From IMG/VR virus record IMGVR_UViG_3300005282_000008, positions 1 through 64,000 of that record: 64,000 nt of DNA, one strand, 5' to 3'. The notes under the pieces are model-generated. The model ran no database searches, was not told the DNA's origin, and saw nothing but the letters and a program-made list of their open reading frames with translations. Of this stretch, positions 1 through 6,536 are shown one piece after another. Both the position numbers and the translations under genes were made by a program. Source of the stretch: a virus (taxonomy: Duplodnaviria > Caudoviricetes). Numbering within the stretch: the stretch's first letter is position 1; every line of letters starts with the position of its first letter.

Positions 1-139
1 AAGTAATTTTTGTTTATACATCAATTATACGCTTATAATCTATTATAAACTACCTAACGAATCTAAACATTCGAAATAAAGATTACCTATTAGCACTAAG
101 CTAGATTGTCTAAAGACAACTTACTAATCTAATATAAAA

Positions 140-184
140 CAGATATATAAGTTTTAACACATTCTCAGACTATCTGCATTGTCT
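140..184 (-). ncRNA. small H-type pseudoknot motif, copy with long loop 3
   Basis: Minus strand AGAC-AAUG-CAGAUA-GUCU-(21 nt containing UUAAAAC)-UAUCUG; S1 AGAC/GUCU, S2 CAGAUA/UAUCUG; same layout as four other copies. Confidence 0.5.
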
Positions 185-193
185 TACTGGTGT

Positions 194-360
194 ACTTGAT
201 TTTATAGCCCGCACGATTATTTATTCATTAACTCTCCATGATGAGCACCACACGTATTTTAAGTAACCATCTACTTTAATGTAGACATGAATTACTCCAT
301 GGAATTACGTCTGAATGTGAATAAATTTACGCCCCACAAGTTTGTTATTTTCTAATGGTT
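194..360 (-). ncRNA. hatchet ribozyme-like element with ~90-nt insertion in P4
   Basis: UAACAAA-CUUG-UGGGGCG...CGUGCGGGC-UAUAAAAU-CAAGU follows the hatchet core; P2 ACUUG/CAAGU and P3 GCG/CGU co-vary with the 2460 copy; P4 AUUUAUUCA/UGAAUAAAU; P1 is weak. Confidence 0.7.
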
Positions 361-429
361 GTTATAAATCAGTGGCATATCCTACTTTCACAAGTAAGAT
401 ATGTCTAATAGTAGTATTAACCTGGATAT

Positions 430-834
430 TTACTTCTTAGGCGTCGCAATGCTCGCGACTGCCTTTTCAATAGAATCATCCCTAATGGCCTGTACTCCTT
501 TCTGTGCATAAGTTGCTAATACTATACCGTCATAATATACTTTATTAGAGTTATATTCACTAACGATTGCAACTTTGCTGGCATCCTCCCCGGTTTTCAT
601 GAGAATTGCCATAAATGCCATATCTGGTATACTATAATAAGTATCCAAACATTGTCGTTCCTGTAACTCATTAGCACGTTCTTGTAAACGCGACACTCTT
701 GCTACAGAATCCTGCTTAATAATCGTATCAGTCTTTTCAACTGGTACTTCTTTCTTGTCCCACCAATAGTGATCACAAGAACTCAACGAAATTATGGTCA
801 AAAGACCACAAATCAAAACAAGTAACTTTTTCAT
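430..834 (-). CDS. putative lipoprotein
   Basis: MKK + hydrophobic stretch + LSSC lipobox. Confidence 0.7.
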   Translation of the reverse strand: MKKLLVLICGLLTIISLSSCDHYWWDKKEVPVEKTDTIIKQDSVARVSRLQERANELQERQCLDTYYSIPDMAFMAILMKTGEDASKVAIVSEYNSNKVYYDGIVLATYAQKGVQAIRDDSIEKAVASIATPKK

Positions 835-850
835 TTTTGATAAATGTTAA

Positions 851-1366
851 TTAATAAATAGATATACTTATATCTGAAAGATTACATTGTAATTCACGTC
901 GCATCACGTCTTGCCATTTAATTCGAAGTTTTTGTACATCATCTAAAGACGAATCTTCCTTAAACTTATTTTTTGGAAATTCATATTTAAATGAATAATA
1001 AGACGATGTTTCGTTTATTAATTGCATAGAATCTACTATATCCTTTGCTTCTTTTAAACCTAATCCAGAAACATATTTAAATGCTTTTACTATTTGTAGT
1101 TTTGCATGACAAATATCTCCTGAAAGTTTAAAAGTGAATCCTTTTACGTTGCTTAGAACAAATGTTCTAAGTTTAGGGATCTCTACTGATACGTCTTCTT
1201 TTTTTGTATCTTGAATTATTTCTGTTAGAAAATCTAGAGCAATAAGTGTAACTACAAACTTTTGTACAGAACCAATAGCGCCATCACTTACTGCTACTTT
1301 ATCAACGAGATAATGTACATCTTCAATTTTAACAACTTTCCCAACTAATTCTGATGGATTTTTCAT
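851..1366 (-). CDS. protein with ribosomal protein bL12 (L7/L12) C-terminal domain
   Basis: AKLQIVKAFKYVSGLGLKEAKDIVDS matches the bL12 CTD signature KI.VIK..R..TGLGLKEAKDLVE. Confidence 0.8.
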   Translation of the reverse strand: MKNPSELVGKVVKIEDVHYLVDKVAVSDGAIGSVQKFVVTLIALDFLTEIIQDTKKEDVSVEIPKLRTFVLSNVKGFTFKLSGDICHAKLQIVKAFKYVSGLGLKEAKDIVDSMQLINETSSYYSFKYEFPKNKFKEDSSLDDVQKLRIKWQDVMRRELQCNLSDISISIY

Positions 1367-1378
1367 TTTGATATGAAT

Positions 1379-1591
1379 TTAAATTAATAACGTATAAACA
1401 AAAAAGTTTATAATGATAGATAAGCCTAAACCCAAACCTACAGTAATAGCATATACTATCATTTTACATTTACCAAATGCTTTATTAGCAATATAATAAA
1501 CTAATAGATAGCATAATACACTAATTACTGCAAGTAATAAAAGCATTCCACTACTTGGTGCAGGAGTAGACGCGAATGTAACTGTGTCCAT
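1379..1591 (-). CDS. small membrane protein
   Basis: Two hydrophobic segments; tightly packed with neighbours. Confidence 0.6.
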   Translation of the reverse strand: MDTVTFASTPAPSSGMLLLLAVISVLCYLLVYYIANKAFGKCKMIVYAITVGLGLGLSIIINFFVYTLLI

Positions 1592-1600
1592 TTTTTCTGA

Positions 1601-1876
1601 TTAATCTTTTTGACATGTTCCTATAATTATTGGTAAAACGTTTTCAAATATTAACCAATTTTGTATTTTGTTAACATTTGTTAGATTCTTTATCTCCACT
1701 TTAGTCTTTATAGATACTGTAATATGCTGCTTCTTTAAAGCTTGCAATATATTACCAATATCAAAAGTATTATTACTACCTATCACAATTTTATTATGAT
1801 CTATACTAATAATTGGAAATTCACATAAACCAAAGGTTTTGTTTCCAATTTTTATATAGGCATTACAAACTGACAT
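1601..1876 (-). CDS. hypothetical protein
   Basis: ORF packed in the minus-strand operon. Confidence 0.6.
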   Translation of the reverse strand: MSVCNAYIKIGNKTFGLCEFPIISIDHNKIVIGSNNTFDIGNILQALKKQHITVSIKTKVEIKNLTNVNKIQNWLIFENVLPIIIGTCQKD

Positions 1877-1878
1877 AG

Positions 1879-2088
1879 TTATTCACCGATAAGATTGTAA
1901 TAAACACTATCTATAGTTGTTTGTAAGGCATCTATAGCATTTTCAACATGATCAAGTTCTTTGATCAATCCAATTGATGGATGTGTTTCTCTAAGCTTGT
2001 CAATACATTCACTTTGTTTAGTAACCATATTATCAATTTCAATTAAACCCTTAATAAGGGTAAGTACTTCATCTAAATCTTTTTTCAT
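1879..2088 (-). CDS. hypothetical helical protein
   Basis: ATG ORF with AT-rich leader, abuts the next gene. Confidence 0.6.
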   Translation of the reverse strand: MKKDLDEVLTLIKGLIEIDNMVTKQSECIDKLRETHPSIGLIKELDHVENAIDALQTTIDSVYYNLIGE

Positions 2089-2236
2089 ATATTTTATTGA
2101 TTAAAATTTCAATTTAAGTTTTATTTCAAATATTCTCAACTGGCAGTTATAGTTGATAGATTTGCGGTTAAAACTTCAAGTGCAGTGTATTAAACATGAC
2201 TTTGTAAAAACCATTTCATCTGGCAGGACGAAACAA

Positions 2237-2310
2237 GTGCGCATACCTGAATCGAACAGGTGTACTATTATTCGCCAAAACAATAGGTTCTTCCACTAAA
2301 CTAATGCGCT
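2237..2310 (-). tRNA. tRNA-like element (possibly degenerate tRNA-Gln UUG)
   Basis: Acceptor GCGCAU/AUGCGC, D arm GUUU-AGUGGAA-GAAC, T arm ACCUG-UUCGAUU-CAGGU; anticodon arm longer than canonical; no CCA. Confidence 0.55.
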
Positions 2311-2315
2311 TTCCA

Positions 2316-2340
2316 GATAGATTTAAGACATATCAGGTCT
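2316..2340 (-). ncRNA. small H-type pseudoknot motif
   Basis: AGAC-CU-GAUA-U-GUCU-UAAAUC-UAUC. Confidence 0.65.
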
Positions 2341-2459
2341 ATGCTAACCATAATAGAGACAATAGGAGTCGGAACATCCTATAATTTAGCCAAGGTTTGT
2401 TATGGCTTCACGAGTTTTAATTGGCGTTTTGTATACCTTGTATACACACAATCTCCAAT

Positions 2460-2540
2460 ACATGATTTTAATGTCTGCACTAATACTTACTTATAGTAAG
2501 ATATAAGCCCCACATGCTTGTTACTGATTCTCACAGTTGT
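2460..2540 (-). ncRNA. hatchet self-cleaving ribozyme
   Basis: ACUGUGAGAAUCAGUAACAAGCAUGUGGGGCUUAUAUCUUAC-UAUAA-GUAAGUAUUAGUGCAGACAUUAAAAUCAUGU; very close to the hatchet sequence as I recall it, with P1-P4 all formable. Confidence 0.92.
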
Positions 2541-2543
2541 ACA

Positions 2544-2571
2544 GGATAGTTTATAGACTTATCCCAGGTCT
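2544..2571 (-). ncRNA. small H-type pseudoknot motif
   Basis: AGAC-CUG-GGAUA-A-GUCU-AUAAAC-UAUCC. Confidence 0.7.
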
Positions 2572-2648
2572 CAAAGTAATACCAAAACCACATTTAGTTA
2601 TATTTAACACTACTTTGTAGTTTTGGTTACTTTGTTCTTAGTTTTTGT

Positions 2649-2677
2649 TGGCGATTTTATAGACTGCCATTTTGTCT
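2649..2677 (-). ncRNA. small H-type pseudoknot motif
   Basis: AGAC-AAAA-UGGC-A-GUCU-AUAAAAUC-GCCA. Confidence 0.65.
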
Positions 2678-2772
2678 CAAATAACTCTTGCTGAGCTACA
2701 TCCCGTTCATTGGGTTGCCTAGCTTGTTACTAGGGGCCTTCTGCAAATCTAGCAGCTGCTCTCATTATTTAA
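2678..2772 (-). ncRNA. twister-like ribozyme variant with extra helices
   Basis: 5' UAAUG, hairpin CCUAG-UAACAAG-CUAGG, 3' GAGUUA (T1-like UAAC/GUUA); extra stems GAGC/GCUC, CUGC/GCAG, CCC/GGG. Confidence 0.5.
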
Positions 2773-3031
2773 TTTTTGTATACTCTATGATAACCCATAG
2801 ATAAGCTTACTGCTCTAGTATACTTTAGAGAAGACCAACTATTCTAATTAAAAATGAATAGGTTCTATTTATAACAAGATTGTGTCTTTTCATCTTTGTT
2901 ATATCCATTTCTCTTTAAGGTTACACTGATCTAATGGAAAGATCACCCTTACTACGTAGATTATAATAGTACTATTTATGTATTACAATTCGTTTTGTGT
3001 ATAAACTTTTCATACTTAAATAATCTATTAT

Positions 3032-3091
3032 TATTGTTGACTCTGCATTCAACAGGCTTGTCACTGTGTATTCGCGCTGCATTAAACAATA
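3032..3091 (-). ncRNA. twister self-cleaving ribozyme (P1 type)
   Basis: UAUUGUU-UAA-UGC-AGC...ACAG-UGACAAGC-CUGU...GCA-GAGUC-AACAAUA; P1, P2, P4, T1 (UGAC/GUCA) and T2 (GC/GC) all formable. Confidence 0.9.
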
Positions 3092-3132
3092 TTATAGTAG
3101 ACGCAAGGCTTGGTTACCCTTGTTTGACCGTA

Positions 3133-3417
3133 TTAATCCGGTTGACGATTATAAGTAAGCCATTTATCATAGATATTTTTCCAGAATTCAAAACCTTCAT
3201 TTCTAATTTCTGTTTCTTTCCATATAAATGAAACATTAAGAATATGAATGTCAGCATCTAAGATTATCTTTAATAAGACATCTGCGCCAATTTTTTTGGC
3301 ATGATCATAAACATTTTCCTTATATCTATCCCAAACTTTTTCTTGTTTCATAAATTCAATGAAATCATTTGGTAATTGTCTAAGAAGTTGTCTTTCTTTT
3401 AGTTCTGTAGGACTCAT
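3133..3417 (-). CDS. hypothetical protein, paralog of 4160..4444
   Basis: Shared F.W..T.....G..FW..I.DKW C-terminal motif. Confidence 0.7.
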   Translation of the reverse strand: MSPTELKERQLLRQLPNDFIEFMKQEKVWDRYKENVYDHAKKIGADVLLKIILDADIHILNVSFIWKETEIRNEGFEFWKNIYDKWLTYNRQPD

Positions 3418-3422
3418 TTTAT

Positions 3423-3852
3423 TTATGAATTGAATTTATTTTTATAGTCAATTATTAACTGATTATCTCTTAGAAAATCAGAACCAAGTATACCAATTAT
3501 TTTTATTCCTAATGCTAAGTTTAAATTCTGCATAGATATTGTTTTAAACTATATATGTAATACTATCTACTTTTACATTTATTGTAGAAGTTTGATATTC
3601 TAAGTTATAATTAATACTTGCAAAAGCTTTTGTATTATTTGGAGTATAATGCCCAATACTATTTAGATATTCAATTGATAACCAAGATGAATTACTTCCG
3701 GTATCTATTAAAAAATTACCTCGTTCTAGATGCACAATTGGTAAAGAAGATTTCTCTATAAATGTCATATTATTTAAAGTTGTTAATTCTAAACTATGAC
3801 TATTACAAGAAGTTACTAGAGCAACTAGTAATAATAAAATAAATTGTTTCAT
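3423..3852 (-). CDS. lipoprotein retropepsin-like aspartyl protease (split by 1-nt insertion near 3551)
   Basis: Lipobox VTSC and FLIDTGS catalytic motif; the GILGSDFL motif continues in another frame to a stop at 3423; span 430 nt = 143 codons + 1. Confidence 0.75.
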
Positions 3853-3877
3853 TTTGATGATGAATTAATTGTTACTT

Positions 3878-3903
3878 AGCAGTTTTATGTCATGCTTAGG
3901 ACA
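3878..3903 (-). ncRNA. small H-type pseudoknot motif
   Basis: UGUC-CUA-AGCA-U-GACA-UAAAAC-UGCU; S1 co-varies with the AGAC/GUCU copies. Confidence 0.7.
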
Positions 3904-3933
3904 AGTCCACTTTATATAAAATGGGCTAGAAAC

Positions 3934-4167
3934 TTATTTTTGAACAATTATTTTATCAATCTTTGTTCTAGTATTTTTATCCCAATTATCGATCATTTTA
4001 GTTAAATCAATAATAGCAAGATCTATATTAGTTTTTTCAACTGTATCATGCACTCTATCATAAGCGTTAGTATGTGAATTCCTAATCGTTTTAAGATTAG
4101 CTATAATACCTAAAATACGCATCTTATTATAGTTACGCATTCTTGCCATGTCTTGTTTTCTACTCAT
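3934..4167 (-). CDS. hypothetical protein
   Basis: ATG ORF overlapping the upstream gene end. Confidence 0.65.
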   Translation of the reverse strand: MSRKQDMARMRNYNKMRILGIIANLKTIRNSHTNAYDRVHDTVEKTNIDLAIIDLTKMIDNWDKNTRTKIDKIIVQK

Positions 4168-4444
4168 GATTAAATTCTTTTAGCCATTTGTCATGAACAT
4201 CATTCCAAAAATCATAACGTCTTCCAGATGTCTCTGGTGTATTTGACCAACTAAATGCATATACAATTGCCCATTCTGTGGTTAGATTATAAATTCTGCA
4301 TTCTGCATCAGCTGAACTTACTTCTCTAAGACGTTTTGTCATATTGTTGATAAACGCACATAATGCTTTTTCTTTCTTTAAAAACTTAATTAGTTTTTCT
4401 GGCATAAGGTAACGCAACTGTTTTTTACTTATCTTTGTTTCCAT
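4160..4444 (-). CDS. hypothetical protein, paralog of 3133..3417
   Basis: FSWSNTPE...YDFWNDVHDKW motif. Confidence 0.7.
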   Translation of the reverse strand: METKISKKQLRYLMPEKLIKFLKKEKALCAFINNMTKRLREVSSADAECRIYNLTTEWAIVYAFSWSNTPETSGRRYDFWNDVHDKWLKEFNHE

Positions 4445-4445
4445 A

Positions 4446-4667
4446 CTATTTGTGTTTTAAGTATAAAATAGTCATGATAATACCATAACCTGATACAATT
4501 AGAAAACACAATGCTTCTGGTAGATTCCAAGCAAAACGAGGTTGTCTAGTTGTAATACCAAAATGATTTAAAGTTGAGAAGATACAACCAAATGCGATTC
4601 CTATATTTAATACAGTAGCAATACACATAAAGAATGCTAATAGCCAAATTTTAATTTCTTTTTTCAT
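4446..4667 (-). CDS. small membrane protein
   Basis: Two hydrophobic segments. Confidence 0.6.
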   Translation of the reverse strand: MKKEIKIWLLAFFMCIATVLNIGIAFGCIFSTLNHFGITTRQPRFAWNLPEALCFLIVSGYGIIMTILYLKHK

Positions 4668-4919
4668 TTGATATGATTATTAAAGAGTTTATAGTTAATC
4701 GGCTTAAAGTACCGATTATGAATTCTGTAAATACTAAATTATAGTATCCCGAACAACTTATTATACACTTACATAGTATTGCAACTATGTTTAATCTTTA
4801 TAGATATATTTTTACTCACAGTGGAGTCATACCGCCATTTATAGGCAAATATGAATACTCTATATTGCAAGTGTCTGCAACGTTTATTTAGTTTATCTTA
4901 AAGATGTGGATAAAAATAG

Positions 4920-5150
4920 TTATTCCATATAACTTTGTTCAGTGATGACATGTTCTGTACCAACGTAAGTAGCACCTACTATTTGTTCAAGATCTTTATC
5001 TAAGAACTTTTCAGTTGTATATGACCTAATTATCTTCATGGCATTAAAAGCGTTCTTTGCCGCTACTACTATTATACCATTACCATAATCTTCATGACGC
5101 TTACAGATATATAGTAACATTTGTTCTTTTAAAGTTTCTTCATTGTTCAT
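4920..5150 (-). CDS. hypothetical protein
   Basis: ATG ORF with AT-rich leader. Confidence 0.65.
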   Translation of the reverse strand: MNNEETLKEQMLLYICKRHEDYGNGIIVVAAKNAFNAMKIIRSYTTEKFLDKDLEQIVGATYVGTEHVITEQSYME

Positions 5151-5408
5151 AAGATTAATTATTAAGTTAAGCTATATATTAAAGCAAAGAATAGAAATAA
5201 AGTAGATATAAACGAAGGGCTTATTTACGGGTTGGGTGTAGACGTACCTGCATATATGCACACGAATCCTTAAAATTCATAAACAGTTTCCTTCGTTTAA
5301 TACAAGATTGCCTAACAATGAAAAAAAGTTCGGTGTTGAAATATATTTCAGTATAAGGAGGATCTCGGTATTAGTGATACAGTGTGTTAAGGGACTAAAA
5401 AAAGGTAA

Positions 5409-5495
5409 TTAATTACCCATTTTGTGCCACACCCACTTGGTGATTTCAATGATAGCACATGCAATTGGCATGTACACTAGTACTACTACTAACAT
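5409..5495 (-). CDS. possible 28-aa membrane peptide
   Basis: Read by eye: MLVVVLVYMPIACAIIEITKWVWHKMGN; below the ORF-track cut-off. Confidence 0.3.
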   Translation of the reverse strand: MLVVVLVYMPIACAIIEITKWVWHKMGN

Positions 5496-5522
5496 ATTAT
5501 ATAGATTTTTAGATTACTTTAG

Positions 5523-5551
5523 AAAAACCCCAACCATTGCTGGTCAGGGTT
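5523..5551 (-). terminator. rho-independent terminator
   Basis: AACCCUGACCA-GCAA-UGGUUGGGGUU followed by U-tract, just after the 5560 stop. Confidence 0.7.
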
Positions 5552-5559
5552 CATTACAA

Positions 5560-6153
5560 CTAATGACGGCGTTGTTGTTGACCGTTCTGTGGTGCAGGTG
5601 GAGCTACATTGTTCAATGGGTTTGCAGCATGTTCAGCCTCAGCTTTCGCTGCGATCTCTTCTGCAGTCATCTCTTCAGACTCATCCCATTCAAACATAGA
5701 ACCATTGTTAACACCTCTAGCACGTTGGCGTTCAGCCTCACGTTGAGTGTCAAGATCCAACAAAGGACTGACAATCTGAATACTCGTGAACTTAATGGGT
5801 TTACCATCCTTATCACAAACATCAGTTCCGGTACGATCACCAGATACCCATACACGTCCAAATGGAGCTACTTCAACACGATCAACGATCAAATCAACCA
5901 TGTCTCCTACCTTAACTTCAGCCTTGATACTGTCAACCATTTCCTGGCTTCCACCAGTCATGATGTTGAATGTGTAAGATAGGCTTGCTGCGCTAGCTGC
6001 AAACTTATTAGCACCCTTTAATGATGCATCAACGGTCTTAATTGTTACGAAGTCTTGCTTCGCTGGTGTTGCACCGTTCATTACTTGTACACCATTAGCA
6101 TAAAGGTCACATTGACCCCATTTCATTTCTACAATCTTACATTGCTTTTTCAT
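5560..6153 (-). CDS. hypothetical protein, possibly ssDNA-binding (beta-rich core, acidic/low-complexity tail)
   Basis: GC-richer ORF; ATG at 6153 preceded by AGGAGG; function is inference only. Confidence 0.6.
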   Translation of the reverse strand: MKKQCKIVEMKWGQCDLYANGVQVMNGATPAKQDFVTIKTVDASLKGANKFAASAASLSYTFNIMTGGSQEMVDSIKAEVKVGDMVDLIVDRVEVAPFGRVWVSGDRTGTDVCDKDGKPIKFTSIQIVSPLLDLDTQREAERQRARGVNNGSMFEWDESEEMTAEEIAAKAEAEHAANPLNNVAPPAPQNGQQQRRH

Positions 6154-6245
6154 ATCCAATCCTCCTATATTTTTACGTAGCTACACCGCGTAACTACTCT
6201 TATTTCATAGATAATCCCCGTATAGCCGATGGGACAGCTTAAATC

Positions 6246-6536
6246 TTAATCATCGAAACTACCACATACTAATGTAAGGTTCTCTGAATCTGCATATATA
6301 GGGAATGTTGCACCTACTGCAATTGCTCCGTTATATATAGCTTCAGTTATAACATCTTCATCTTCTTGGTCATAGACCTCAAATGTAGACGCGTATAAAC
6401 CCATACATAGCTCTAACTCACGATTAACCCACGTTAGCATAGCGTTAAGCGAATGTGTTCTACCTACTCTAGTGTAAGTTGCCTTTACGATTATACCATT
6501 TATTGGTAGAATTGTTTCATAAATTCGTAGTGCCAT
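6246..6536 (-). CDS. hypothetical protein, first gene of the leftward block
   Basis: ATG ORF next to the strand switch. Confidence 0.6.
   Translation of the reverse strand: MALRIYETILPINGIIVKATYTRVGRTHSLNAMLTWVNRELELCMGLYASTFEVYDQEDEDVITEAIYNGAIAVGATFPIYADSENLTLVCGSFDD

Noticed and set aside
2205-2236. Hammerhead or theta/HDV-like ribozyme 3' of the tRNA-like element
   Set aside because: Only a simple hairpin (UUUCGUC/GAUGAAA); no CUGANGA core or HDV double pseudoknot could be built.
2995-3231. Plus-strand 78-aa ORF
   Set aside because: TTG start, antisense to a real gene and to the twister ribozyme; shadow ORF.
5422-5982. Plus-strand 186-aa ORF and nested ORFs
   Set aside because: Antisense shadows of the GC-richer 5560..6153 gene, which has an SD and a terminator.
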